NCBI GenBank assembly: GCA_946965045.2
Contig: OX337231.1
Location: 62,001-126,000 of the forward strand
Reading direction: 5' to 3'
DNA length: 64,000 nucleotides
Origin: Epithemia pelagica
Taxonomy: Eukaryota > Protista > Bacillariophyta
In this document: positions 37,289 to 50,211 of the stretch, piece after piece
How positions within the stretch are numbered: the stretch's first letter is position 1
Layout of the letters: the number at the start of each line of letters is the position of its first letter
Made by a program: the position numbers and the translations under genes
The notes under the pieces: generated by a model
The model's input: only the letters and a program-made list of their open reading frames with translations
Told to the model about the DNA's origin: nothing
Database searches by the model: none

Positions 37289-38797
37289 CCCCCCAGCGGG
37301 GGTGTTTTTGAGGGAGTAATTTCGTTGAAACACCCCCTTCTCTGTTCGCTGGATCTTGACGGTAGGCATATCTCATTTCCTCCACCACGATAACAACACG
37401 ACAATCAAACTTTGTTGTTGCTGGTGACCTCCAATGGCCACCCCATCATGATCCGACCATCATATGCTTCATCTAGGTACCATGGCAGTGCATTGTGAGG
37501 GACACAGTGGATTCGGGCCACTCTAGGAAATGACCCATACAGTGACGCGTAATACAGGCACAATAGGAGACAATGATGGCATGAAAATACATGAGAGTTG
37601 ATGTTTTGCTATCAATGCAGCGCGTAACTACTACTATTATGAGTATTGTAGATCAATAGGTGTTCAAACAATGCAAGATAAGAGCCATATTGTCCCTTTG
37701 AGTTGCTTTGTTCGAAATTGTGAGACGTTGCGTCCGTGCCTGTGCCACGAGGCATGGCGCCTATGAGTCTGATGCATAACAGCCTTAACCTTTAAACTTT
37801 GGTGATGCAGATGCATTCTACACTATTGGTTTGAGGTCTATGACTGGAAAGACAGGTTTCAAGAGTCCAAATAGGTGCACAACAACCTGTGCAACACCAT
37901 GGCCCGTGTTGTTATCGTGGTGGAGGAAATGAGATATGCCTACCGTCAAGAAGGGAACGATTCAAGAGGTGTATATTTTCTGTCCTTCGTGCGTTGCCCA
38001 ACTTTGGCCTCTTGTTTTTTTTTCCAAAGCGCCTGCCATGTCAAATCGTCAGTCTGCCTTCGATCGTTGAAATCTGAACGCCGGCCTCGCCTCGTATTTT
38101 GTGCCATGAATCGTCTCACTTCTCACTTTTCGACGAACCACAAGAAATGACAATGGGGCTGCAACAAAATCGAACAATCCAGCAAAATGAATGACCATAG
38201 CATGAATACTACTGTCAAGATCTACCCCCTGGATCATCAGTAAACGCGGCAAGCAAACGAATGAGAAGAAGGATGAAAAATGATAAGATGACACTCAACC
38301 AGTGTGTGGACGACATCAGAGTCTAAGGAAGGACACAATATAATGGATAGGGCCAGGACGCCTAAACAAATAGGAGGAGTACCTAGATACATATAGAGTT
38401 GACTATGCTTGTATTTTAGTTGCAGTCAATGTACTAGGAGCTTTCCTTGTTGTGGGCCATTGCCACTTGTCTTGTGTTTGTGCATGTTTTTTTCTGTTTC
38501 ACGTGTGTGTTCACTGTTCATCCTTGTGTGGGATTTCTTCGCGTTGTGCTCCGTATCAAGCCAAAGCCCAGGGCGAAGCGCGCGAAGCCAGTTATGACAG
38601 TTGCTATGGACGTTATAATTACTGCTTTTAGAGAAAAAAACTGAGTTATAATTTCAAGTAAAAACTAAAATGAAAAAAGAAAAATGTCGGATGGATGACA
38701 GAAGTTATACACCCGCCGGATCGGACAGTATTATTTGCTCTTAGGGAAGGGGGTGGCTACACGAAATTACACCCTCAAAGCCACCCCCGCTGGGGGG
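37289..38797. mobile_element. Nested 1.5-kb TIR element (MITE-like)
   Basis: 36-bp TIRs at 37289-37324 (CCCCCCAGCGGGGGTG...) and 38762-38797 match at 33/36. TA at 37287-37288 and 38798-38799. Confidence 0.7.
37354..37951. repeat. Perfect 47-bp inverted repeat pair
   Basis: 37354-37400 is the exact reverse complement of 37905-37951. Confidence 0.85.
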
Positions 38798-39269
38798 TAG
38801 GGACAGGACTACGCAATTTTTGATAATTTTTCTTAAGATTCCATTCACACAATACAATTAATTTCTTAGTAAAATAATTTTCAACCTCGGGGTTGTAGAT
38901 AAGGTTTGGTCGCACAATTCCAGTCAGGGGAAAGACCGTGCTTCAATGCGTAGCCTTAACCCTAATCATAATACCCATCATGCTTTATCTCTTGTTTCTC
39001 CTCTTTGATTCACTCCCATGTACCCCCAAGTAGGGGTGAGTGGTCGGGTCGCATGTGTGTCGTGCTTTTGGTGTGCAAACTGTTACTCACCCCCAAGGCG
39101 CGACCTTCAAAAATCAGCGATTTCCCATTGTTGACACAAACAACAAACACCCACACCCACTACGGAGCAAACTTGGTCGTCGTCATATCATCATCCACGA
39201 ACCTTCGCCCCTCCTTCCAAGTCGTCCAACTTATGTCCCATCCCTTACAGGAACCTACAGACCCGCCGC

Positions 39270-39941
39270 TTGCATGGGAGCACCTTCCACGAGCCCCCCG
39301 CAATAGCCACAACAACACCACGGACTGAAGACACGACAAATGCCGTTGAGTCAAAGACCGCCGAAAATGAAATCAAAAAGAGACCGACTGAAGACACGAC
39401 AAAGGTGGTTAAGTCACGGACTGTCAAAGACGACACCATAGAGACCACAATTGAAGACACAGCAAAGGCGGTTGAGGCAAAGACTGCTGAAGACGAAACG
39501 AAAAAGACTACAACAGATTACACAAACAAGAAGAGTCAAAGACGATACTAAAAAGACTTCAGCAGAAGAGGACAGAACTAAACAAGCAGAGGCTAACACT
39601 GCCATGGACAAAACGAAACCACTGGTTCTGATTCCACGGAACAGACAGAGTCCAAGACTGTTCAACAACAAGATGATAGCAAAAAGTCTGTGACGGAGGA
39701 TGGAGACACGGAAAAGGTGGAACCACATCACAAACCTCCACCATTAGACAATGAGGACGGCATTAAGGATGATGCATCAGTTAAAAGCGATGCCGCGGTG
39801 AAAACAAACTTGAGAGGTTCTACCGACAAAACAGCCGTGCAAAGATCAGGGCTCCCGTTGCACTTTTTCATTCATCACAGCATACCGAAGTTAATACTAA
39901 GAATGCCCCTGCAGCTTTTCTGTGTTTGGTATAGAAAATAA
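39270..39941 (+). pseudogene. Frameshifted low-complexity E/D/K/T-rich coding relic (EDTTK-like repeats)
   Basis: Three overlapping ORFs (39270, 39451, 39690) continue the same repetitive peptide in different frames. Confidence 0.35.
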
Positions 39942-41259
39942 AAGAATATGACTGCAAGCAGAGACATGCTCTTATGCTACAGCCAGACTTGCATCCGACT
40001 GATAAAGGGCCATGCTTCGCGAAAGGGGTGATGAAAGGAGGGACCGGGGTAGGCTGGACTGCATCAGGTTGGCCATCAGAGACATTCATTCTCAATGAAG
40101 GGAGCCATTCCATTTCGGCGATAGAGACGCTTGATTCTTGTTTTGCTTCAGAGGCATGGTGATCCACTGTGCCCCGAGAAGCATAGGCCTTCCTTATGTC
40201 TTCCAGGGAACTGCGAAGGCGTTTGTGCGATGAAGAAGACATTATAGGGATGTCAAACATGGTTTGGCACCTCCATTGCCGTGATGAGTGCAGGTGGTGG
40301 TTGGGAGGTTTGTGTCAAAGTCGAGAGCGCAGAGGTCGCGCCTTGGGGGTGAGTAAGAGAATGCTCATCAAATTCCGGTCACGAATCCTCATGACTCATC
40401 CCCACTAGGGGGTAACTCCCATGTAATGTCAGGCAGTGCGATAGAAAGCTCGGGACGTGAGGAGTGTGGGGGTAACCCATAAGCCCAGAAAGAACCTACA
40501 GATAAAAAGTTAGGGGGCCATGTACGTTTAAGGGGAGTGGGGGGCATGTACCCCAAGACCGGTGAACGGTACTGTAGTATTATTTTGTTCAAGGACCTAC
40601 AGTTTATAATGTTATCAAAGCGCTAGGTTGTTGCGCGTGCGGCGGGCCTCTGAAACAACAATCGTAAACGATCGTGTAACCTACGCCATGTTTGCTTGTC
40701 CGAATTGCTTTTTCCTCGAATGAAGATGGTGTGTAATGAAAGTTCTACTTTAGCAATGGGTAAACGATTCAACAGTTCTATGGATAGGTATGTATAGAGC
40801 AACTTTGTAGAAGCGTTTACCCATCGGACCATAGCATCTTCTGTTAACTCGGAAAGTAGTGGTAGGCATGTTTGAAAGGCCCGCTGAGCCAGCACGGGTG
40901 ATCAGTGCTTTTGCGAGTGCCCTGCAAGATGAAAAGCTCATGAGAGCTTTCCATTTTGCAACCCCAAGCCCCAAGTCCCAATGGATAGCTCGGGAAGCAT
41001 AAGCTGCTTGCAGAAGACAACGACAAGGTGGAGAATGAGCAGGCATCAAAGTTTGCTCCGCGTCGATCATCGCAACAAAACGAAAAACATCGAGCTCACT
41101 TTTCTGCATCACCGCTCTCTCTACTCGTACACATTGACCTATATTTTTTATTGTGAAACTATTTTTCTTAGAGTCGAAAGTTGACACGTGCCAAATCCTC
41201 TGTAGTAGAGTACCAAATACCTGTTTTCAGTACCCCGTGGCGTACGTGGGGGGACAGGG

Positions 41260-41734
41260 CAGGGTGACCGGAGTCTAATTGTACCCCCACTTTTAGACCC
41301 GGTCTAAGAGTGTATAATTATTTTAGACAGAGGTCGAGTCTAAAATAAAATTTTTAGACTCTTAACCATAACCCTTCAGTAGCGCCGCCACCACTGCGTG
41401 AGTAGGAGACCGTTCTGCCTCATTCATCTCAATGCCATCGCAATGAACAAAGTAAGGTCTCAGTTATCCTCTCTCATGCTTAGAGAGTGCAAGAACAATG
41501 TTATCCATACCATCCAATAACTTAGATGATGAAGCTATGAGGTCCTCTGGATGTGTTGTGTCATAGACAATGCTCGCTCCTAGTAGCTGGCTGTCTAGGG
41601 TTAGGGTTATTGCTTCGCCGTACAAAACCACGGAGAGATTTTAGACCCTGTTTTAGACATTTTATACAGTCTACAAGTACTTTTAGATTTATCTTAGACC
41701 CGAAATATCTTAGACTGTCTAAACGGTCACCCTG
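41260..41734. mobile_element. 475-bp hAT-like MITE
   Basis: Perfect 11-bp TIR CAGGGTGACCG/CGGTCACCCTG and many subterminal TTTAGAC/GTCTAA motifs in both orientations. Flanks GACAGGG/GACAGGA are only an imperfect TSD. Confidence 0.65.
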
Positions 41735-43029
41735 GACAGGACCATAGGGGGGACAGGAATGCGCAAATTACCGTAGAACGAGAAGAGTAGACATCCTAGC
41801 AGCCGTTTACCGAAAAGCGACACAGAAACGACCATATCCTGCGCCACAAACTATGGGAAAAGAACAATGGACACCCACCAGAACCATGATACTCAACCGC
41901 GCGAGCGGATGAAGACACGATACGAGAGAAACATCGTTGGAGCACCACAACCGACCATCGACAATGGGGTTCATTGCGCGGTATCACCTGAAGCCATGTC
42001 AGTGGACACATCGTCTCACAGGATGACTCTCAAGTCGAAACGTGTATCCGAGGCAGCAATACTGCAAACAGACAAACCCCTGTTGCACCAATGGAGAGGC
42101 GAACTGTGGTGCTCGCCGAGTCCCGTCACAGGGACAAGACAGAGGATGGCAATACACACACAAGTTTCATGAACCAATAAGGCCATCCATGGGGACCTGG
42201 AAAAATCGGAGACTGGTGGTGCAGAGAGATTGGAAAAAAGACGAGAGGACAGTCTCACTGGATGCTACCATCCAGAGAAACGAGCCACATCACGAATCTT
42301 TGCATCTGCCTACCATGACTGGTGATTCAGAACTGGTTCACAGAACAAAAGGCATTGAATTTTGTCTCTTGTTCCGATCGCCTGCGGCTGATAGATTTTG
42401 ACAAGCCTATATTAGGCACCGACCGGAGGCAGATGTCATTCACGGTCCATGCCGGTGAATGCGAGAACGAGATTTCGTGGGCAGAACGAGATTCGGCTAG
42501 AAATCACCATGGTTCCAAACTTGCTGCATATCATCCTAATACGATGGAACAGTCCAGTTTGGACATGCCCAGATCTGCAAAACCAGGACGAAAAGTGTCA
42601 CTGTACGAGCGCCCGTAGAACAAAGTACACCATCGATTTAGCAAGTCCGGAAGAGTCATGAAACGAAACACGACGGCCCAGGCGCATCATCATCAAGCCG
42701 TACTCTGACTCAGGATATTCTCTCACATAGAACTCATACTCAACCGAGACAAGGGCCCAGTCCGCCGAAGAAAAGGTGGAAATCGCCAGCCTCGATGCCG
42801 AGGGCGAAAACAAGAGACGTTCAGGAACGGAAGAACAAATTCAAGGATCAATCCCCACCAACGGAACCACAGATCCATTCCGAAAAGCTGACTCCACTGT
42901 GAAAAAAAGTGTGACAACAAGAGTATGAGCACATAAAGATCCATCCAACGGGAAGAACCGCAAATCCTCGTCTTCTACCAACCCTCCCACTGATTCCATG
43001 CCAGACGTGATGAAATATATTCCCCGAGA

Positions 43030-45790
43030 ACGCAAAGTCGGGAACGAGATAGGTATCCTCACTCCGTTGCCGCATTCCATAGCCGATCCACTGTCAGACT
43101 CTTCACCAACTCGTGCCACCCATCCAAAGCTTTTCTTGATTTTTGCGGACCAGCAACTCCATGAACTGGCATAGTCGAGTCCGTTGTTTCAAGATATCGT
43201 GTATTTGCGTACCACCATTCGCTTCACGAATGGCACCCAGTAACCACCAAGTGTTTCTGCCACCACAAGTTCTCCTTCCTCCAAGTGTTGCAACGGTTCT
43301 CGTCACAATGACACAACCGTCTTGAGCCAAGAAACACGCCAACAATCCCAAGTCCTGTGAAACAAATAGAGGAGAGCCAAGACACGTTGCAGCGCTGAAA
43401 CAACACAGAATCCACCACCCCAATGCAACCTCCAGTCCTGAATGCCATGCGGCGCAAAATGCACCAGCTCGGTGGAATCAGGATTCTTCTCCACATCCTT
43501 GTTCCGGAGATAAACCTTCGTCTTCTTCTTCTGTTTCCCCTCATAGAGGACCAACGCTTGAGCGCAGCCGTCGGCTACGTTCCTCTACTTCTTTTTCTCC
43601 TCATAGAGGACCAACACTTGAGTGCAGCCGTCGGCTACCTTTTTTGAGACGAAATCGGGAGTATAGTCGCACGAAACGGACCAATGATATACTAACATCA
43701 TCGACAAGAGTTCAAAAAGCAACCGCAGAGTCCCAGCCTAGACACCACACTGCCAACCACCCTGTAAAAACGCCGACAATCCGGGGATCTGCTCTTCCTG
43801 AATCACAGATCGATTCCGTGTGCTGCGTCGAACGCTAGTAATACAGTGCCATTTTTTGGAAGCATAGAAGAACATATGTTTTGTAAAACCTTCTTTTCTT
43901 CTCATTGGTAAGTTGCATTTGCCACATTTAGCAAGAAGGTTGACTAATTGGAACAATGGAGTTGCGGCGATACGTTGTGATAGAGAACTCCTAACCTTAT
44001 TACTCCTAGGAGTAGGAGTAGTTTCGACAGCGAAAGGGTGTAGCAACTAGTTCAAATCATTTTTGGTCTGTCCATCGTATGTATGGCGTTACGGTCGCGG
44101 TCGCTGGCCATGACCAAAAGTATTGCTAACCCATCAGTGGAAACTACTCCTATGGCACAAACTGTGCCAAGAATTCTACTCTAAACTCCTCTATTGTTCT
44201 CGAGAAACGATCCATTCTTCCGTGACAATCTTTTGGAATCAATGACACTTGTCAAGGATCGGAGAAGGAGGATTGAGAGAACATCCAGGAGTACTTTGAA
44301 TATTCCGAAAAGGGCACTAAGTAAGTAGTACTCAATCCAACGTAACCCATGGACACGATTCGTACAGCGCAGACGGGTGGCCGGTAGACGACATTCCTGC
44401 AACGACCAGTCAAACAATGGAATCACTTGCTTTCCGGAATCACTTCACTTGAACGACAATGCCAACTGGAAGGACACAGTGATCGAGCCACTCGGATGTG
44501 AACCACACTCACACAAGACAACCGCGTTAGTCCAGCGGAATTCAATGTGGAGCCCTACAAGAAAAGTTGCTACGAGTATGAGACTTGCTCTCAACTCAGG
44601 ACTCCTTCCCGAGGGTACATGGGAGCCGCGACAAAAGATGCCCCGGAACTCTTCTGCGGTGCTTAAACAAGATACGACAATCAAACTTCTCCCCTCTGAG
44701 CTTTCCGGTTTCCGATCCCAGTGTAGCGGTGCGACAAGGTTCTACTTGCTCTTGCTTTAAGTGTCTTCTCGATTGCGGCTTGCTGCTTCTCGCGAGTTCT
44801 TCCTCTTGCTTTTCATGTTCTTCTTGCTGTTTTCCAATGCTGCTTCTCGTTGTTGCTCATAGCCAGCGTCCCTGTTAAGTATCACAGCCAAGTCCGCACG
44901 GCTGGGTCTCGTGGATCATCTTGGGGATTCCATGCGTTCCCAGAACGATTTGCCATTGGCAGCGCAGGTATTTCGATTGCTCTACACAGGAGTCTGGCAA
45001 GGACATTCCTTCTTGCATGGTCTTGGGAAGAGACACGAGAAATATGGAAGAGAAGGATTCTCCGGCTCTGCATTCTCTGATTTGGACTTCAAGGAGAGGA
45101 GCAGCGATGCAGCGCATAATGTGCCTGCCTGATACTCCATTGTCATTGTCATGGATCACATCCTTCCAGTCGGAGGTGTCGTCGTCGTGCCTTGAGCCAA
45201 CAAGTCTGCTCATGACACACCATGTCCTTCTAGTTGTGCTTCTGTTGGCCTGATGATGATGGTGCCAGTTCGGGACGATGTGGGGAGGTACAAGAATCAA
45301 CCTCATCACCACAAGCAGAAACTTTCAGGGACTGACCACTGGCGACAATGAACTGTTCTTGGCCGAATGACCGCAGTCATACCATCACCACAAGACGACG
45401 ACAATGCCACCAGCCATGTCAAACGAACCACAAGAGATCGTTAGAGGGATGAGAGTCACACAGTTGGTGTCGATAGCGTCCATGAAACAACACTTACCCC
45501 GTTTCTTCACCCCAAAGACGGTTTGTGCTTCACGGTGTATGAATCATGGTGGCCCATCCTCGGTGGAACCGTTTGCTCGAAAGATTTGAGCACACATGCA
45601 TGTTCAGCCATCCCACCTCTCCTCCTCGGAAAGCAACGATACACACGGATGCATGAGGTCAACAATCACCACCAACAGATGGCAACGGGTGATCCATTGA
45701 ATCCAACGTTTCGGGTGTCTTATGTGAGATGATGGTGAAAGATCGCCGACAGCGGCATGACGAAGTTCTCCGGACGGCGTACGGACTCTA
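43030..45790. repeat. Arm X of a diverged inverted duplication (partner 54845-57570) containing degenerate coding relics
   Basis: Long stretches align in reverse complement, e.g. 45440-45620 with 54900-55090 and 43030-43180 with 57420-57570. Roughly 85-93% identical by eye. Confidence 0.85.
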
Positions 45791-46169
45791 AAATGTGTGG
45801 TTGCTACCCTTCCAGCCAAAACACTAGCACTACCGGGAGGAAGAATAGCACAAATCATAGTACTCTAAGCTAGGAAATAGTTCCATTCTGTTCTCGAGCA
45901 ACGAATCCATTGTCACATGCCTTCCCTTTAGCAAGAACGAGAAATACCAAAGAACATGCCATCAACCAATGGCTACGAAGTAGAGAGGAAGGTTTCGAAA
46001 ACATATACTTAGATTATTGCTAAAGGTTTGTAGTAATAGGTAGTGGTAGTTCTCATTCTTCTCATTCTTCATCATCATATGCAACACGACACAACACATG
46101 GAAACAATTCGTAAACACTTTTCTTGTCTCTGGTCCTCCATCAACAGATCCGCCGATTGCCATTGATTC

Positions 46170-48272
46170 TTACATTCCAGCAACGTAGAGGGCAGCCGTT
46201 CCAACTGCACCCGCCGCGGCAGCCGTCCAAGCAACCGTGGACTGCTGGTGAGCCGCAACACCAGCCGACAAAGTTTCCTTCTCAAACGGCGACGGAGTAG
46301 TGTCACCAAAGGCAGCTTCAAACTCTTGACGGGTGTAGCACGCATCGGAACCGCTCTTCTCACGAATCTCCTGAGCCAAGTCAGCACTCACCACTTCAGT
46401 ACCAGCATAAAACTGGTTCATAAACTCCACAACATTATCGGGTGTGACGCATTCCTCTCCAGAGGGCGTCTGAAAGTTGGACGACGTACACGCGATGACA
46501 TCATCAAAGAGGAAGTCTCCCGTCTCGCGAGGGAGCTGCACTTGATCCATCTCGAGCGCATCAATCGATCCGTCACCGTTGAGGTCGATGGTGGTCAAGG
46601 CATCTTCGACCAAAACCTCCAAATCATTTTGTGTCGTGTCGTCCAGGTCCAAACCGGACAACAAGGAAAGGTAGAGGGAACGGAGGGTCGAGACCGGAAA
46701 GCTGGTCCCATCTTGCACATGGCCCAAAATGCTCTGGACATCCTGTTGAGTGGCGTCCTGATTGGCTGCAGTCGTCAATCCCATGGTCTCAAACAGTTGG
46801 CACTGTCCAGCTGCGGCCGCACGACGATGACGACGGCCATTGCGACGATTATCACCTTTCTTGCCATTGTGTCTGTCAAACCCACCATTCCTCAGCCATC
46901 GGAACAATATCCTGAAAAACACAACGAGCGGATCCCTTCCACCGCCGCCGCCGCCGCCACCGCCCGTACATTCTGGAGAATCAATATTGACAGTAATAGT
47001 CTGCTCGTGAAAGACCCCACCATTCGATGTAAGCTGGACTGTGCAGGAGGCATCACCACAATCACCACCCGGATTTCCGTTCAACGTGATTGTTCTGACA
47101 AAGGCGGCAGGGTTTCCGCTGGCAACCAACGGGATGGAGTCAGGAGCCAGTAACACAGTCAAGCGTTGGTCACAGTTCGTCGTTTGCCATGAAATCGTGC
47201 TATCGATAGCTCGTAAGCCTTTGAGAATGGCGTTGCTATAAATGGTCGAATCGGATAACTGAACATTCCCATTGGTTGCTTCTGCCAAAATGTCGAGCTG
47301 AAGAGACGTGGTTTGTTTGAGACTGACGATCGACACATCCGCGGCTTTCAATATATCTTCCACATCGGCCGAAGTACTATAAACAATCTCATCATCATCG
47401 GTATCGAAAGTATCGTCCGCTGGAACTACCAAAACTTTGCGGGATGGATCGGTGGGACCACTGAACCCGCAGTCTTGATCGGAGTAGCGAGAAGCATCAC
47501 CCCCAGGGCAAACAATGCCAGCGGAACAAGGGCACAGCGATCCGTCAACACAACAAACTATCGCATCAAACTGAGCTGTGTCGCCCAAAGCAAAGTTTAA
47601 GTCTAGATCAGTGACGGCGTCAGTCCACTGATCTTTGTCGGTGGTCAACGACAGATACTGGCGATATACAAACCGATTGTCGTTCTCAGTTGTTACGGCC
47701 GTCAAACCAAGCTTGGACCCAGGAGCAGCGTCAAGAATAGCATTGGCTAGGAGATCTCTATCACTTTGCAAGGTTGAGATTTCGGATGAGAAGGACAGTG
47801 TGACATCTTGGAGGAGGCACACCTCAAGGTTCTGAGGGAAGTCGGGTGTGGTAAAAATTTGTGCGGAGAAATCAGATGTTCCCGGGACAAGGACTATGTT
47901 CGAAGTATCCTGGGAAACCACCAGTGGGGCGGGAGTAGGAACAGTAATAGCCTCTGGTGTAATGGCGTCTTGTGAATCGAGAGCGGCATCAGTCTCTTCG
48001 TCAGTTTGAGGCTCAAAAGCAACCGGAGCAGCCATGGGAGGATCACCTTCCGAAGCAACCTCAAAGGTGACTGGAGTGGCAACCGGAGCAGCAACCGGAG
48101 GATCAGTCTCTTCGTCAGTTTGAGGCTCAAAAGCAACCGGAGCAGCCATGGGAGGATCACCTTCCGAAGCAACCTCAAAGGCGACTGGAGTGGCAACCGG
48201 AGCAGCAACCGGAGGATCAACTGCCTCAGCAAAGCCAAGGAGGACAAGGATGACAATGCGATGAATCTTCAT
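46170..48272 (-). CDS. Secreted or cell-surface protein with a 2x38-aa Pro/Ala/Glu repeat, an EF-hand and a hydrophobic C-terminus
   Basis: ATG at 48272 starts a signal peptide (MKIHRIVILVLLGFAEA). 114-bp tandem repeat at about 47990-48218. EF-hand-like DLNGDGSIDALE. Ala-rich hydrophobic tail. Confidence 0.8.
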   Translation of the reverse strand: MKIHRIVILVLLGFAEAVDPPVAAPVATPVAFEVASEGDPPMAAPVAFEPQTDEETDPPVAAPVATPVTFEVASEGDPPMAAPVAFEPQTDEETDAALDSQDAITPEAITVPTPAPLVVSQDTSNIVLVPGTSDFSAQIFTTPDFPQNLEVCLLQDVTLSFSSEISTLQSDRDLLANAILDAAPGSKLGLTAVTTENDNRFVYRQYLSLTTDKDQWTDAVTDLDLNFALGDTAQFDAIVCCVDGSLCPCSAGIVCPGGDASRYSDQDCGFSGPTDPSRKVLVVPADDTFDTDDDEIVYSTSADVEDILKAADVSIVSLKQTTSLQLDILAEATNGNVQLSDSTIYSNAILKGLRAIDSTISWQTTNCDQRLTVLLAPDSIPLVASGNPAAFVRTITLNGNPGGDCGDASCTVQLTSNGGVFHEQTITVNIDSPECTGGGGGGGGGRDPLVVFFRILFRWLRNGGFDRHNGKKGDNRRNGRRHRRAAAAGQCQLFETMGLTTAANQDATQQDVQSILGHVQDGTSFPVSTLRSLYLSLLSGLDLDDTTQNDLEVLVEDALTTIDLNGDGSIDALEMDQVQLPRETGDFLFDDVIACTSSNFQTPSGEECVTPDNVVEFMNQFYAGTEVVSADLAQEIREKSGSDACYTRQEFEAAFGDTTPSPFEKETLSAGVAAHQQSTVAWTAAAAGAVGTAALYVAGM

Positions 48273-49955
48273 CTTGTCGAGCACAGCAACGGAGAAGCAA
48301 CGAGAGACTTGTTCCCTTCTTCGACTGGAACCTGTCGAAAAGGATGGCCAAGTCAAAATTATGAGTCGATGGGGACGGTGAAAGCAATGAACAAAGGATG
48401 AAAGGAAGCAGATGCGTTGAGATGCCATGGATGCGTTTGGCCCATGTTGGGACGTTGGGACGTTGGGCCCGCAATTGCCGTTGCCTCACTTAGGAGGATC
48501 GTCGATCACTTAGGGATCGCTCCATTGTTGTTTAGATGGCGCGGATGGCTTTCTTGGGAGAGGATGGAGTGTTGTTTCATGGTCGTTTCGGTTGGGTTGC
48601 AATGAAAAATCTCAAAATTATCGTGCACACGTGTAGAAAGGTGCACCTCTGAACTGTTGGGCCTTCGAACTTCGAACGCATTCATAATTCATACTATTGG
48701 ATACTCGCTAGCTACTCGCCCGACCTCCAAAATCTGATTCAAGCGCACACATATGAAACGGAACACTAGGAAAAGACACCGTAGAAAGATAAGCCTGTAT
48801 CTTTTGTTAACCCCACTCTTTGAGGGGGCTTGTATTGATCTTCGGGACCACGACCGGCGTCCCCCAGTATCTCAATACTTTTTGTTCTACCCAAAGCATT
48901 CTTGAGCCAGATATTCCTTGTCCATTCTGTCCGAAGACAGAAGTCATCCGAAATCCCAAAGGGAAACATGAAACATGTACACGACTACGAGGACCCATGG
49001 TGAGACGGTCTAGTAGACTTAGACTAATAAGTAGAAGTCTAAAATTTCTCCACGGCCAATCAATAACCCTAACCCTCGGCAGTCAAATACCTCTCTGGAA
49101 GGGTGAGTATTAGCTGTCACTATCTGTGACAAAACAATCAATACGAACACCACCAGTCATTCTGGATCCCTCATCAACCATCAACAGCATTGATCGTCAT
49201 CATAGTAAGGGTCCTATGGTGTCTAGACATGAGCTGATCATCATTATCCCTCTATCCGAGACATACAGTTCTAAGGTTGCGAGGTTTGTCACTGAATCCA
49301 GGCTCTTTCTACTTTTGTTGTAGCAAGCTCCTCTAGATGAAACTCAATACATCAATCTTTGTTTACATGAAAGCTCTCATTCCAAAGAAATGGGATAGAT
49401 TCAACGTAGTTGTCGCAGCTATCCCCATAGCTTCACTACTATAGGGTTGAGGTTCACTGTCTAACTAGACTCTTCATCGTTAAGTGATAGTTAGGAAAAG
49501 CAAGAATAGATCTCTAGAGGAGTAGGTACTTGAAGTAATGGAAGGCTTTGTTGGGCGTGAATAAATAACGGCCGAGTCCCCCAAAATGATATATGCCCAA
49601 ACTACCAAGCGCTTATTGCGCGGATGTCATCAAGACTCATCATTGTCGAACGTACTCACAAAGGCAGACGGAAGGACGACAGAGAGCACCTCCCTGGGAC
49701 ACCCGTGATTTTGGTTCCCACTAGAGAATTTTACCTATTCCGGCAACTGGGTAGCTAGGGCTGATCGCTGTTTTAGCTAGCTAGCTTTATTTTCTGTACT
49801 CTTATTATAGTAATGTAACGACACGTGCTTAAATCAAATAATTAAGTTAACAATTTGTTTTTCGATGTCGCAACTGAGTCGTGGATTGGGATAATCGCTA
49901 AATGTTTTGAGTTTGTGTCATGTCTTGTTTCGGGTTGGTCCCGTATTTAACGGCT

Positions 49956-50071
49956 GGTTTCGACTTTGTTTCGACTTTGTTTCGACTTTGTTTCGACCTT
50001 GTGTCGACTTTGTTTCGGCTTGTTTCGGTTGGTATCGACTTTGTTTCGACTTTGTTTCGGTTTGTTTCGAC
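49956..50071 (+). repeat. Tandem array of 11-bp units TTTGTTTCGAC (about 10 units)
   Basis: Directly visible; degenerate units such as TTTGTTTCGGT are interspersed. Confidence 0.9.
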
Positions 50072-50211
50072 CCATGATGGCGAACACAATAATCAACCAT
50101 GGTCGCTCAATGTCGCTAATGGTGGCACGATGAGCGACTCGAGCGAGTGAGAGGGGAGATTCTTGTTCACTGCAGGGACAGTCATAAAACAAAGCAACAG
50201 ACAAGACAAAT

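Larger units (their letters stand above)
37219..41773. mobile_element. Non-autonomous TA-targeting TIR element (Tc1/mariner/pogo-like ends)
   Basis: 26-bp TIRs at 37219-37244 (CCGTAATTTGCGGATTCCTGTCCCCC) and 41748-41773 match at 24/26. TA flanks both sides. No transposase ORF seen inside. Confidence 0.7.

Noticed and set aside
37503-37509. CACAGTG, identical to the V(D)J RSS heptamer
   Set aside because: A 7-mer is expected several times by chance in 64 kb; no nonamer or TSD, and it lies inside an unrelated nested element.
18576-37544. CACTGTAT (18576) and ATACAGTG (37537-37544) as TIRs of the RAG-like element
   Set aside because: Only about 8 bp match, the flanks TAGTG and ACGCG are not a TSD, and the right site is inside another element.
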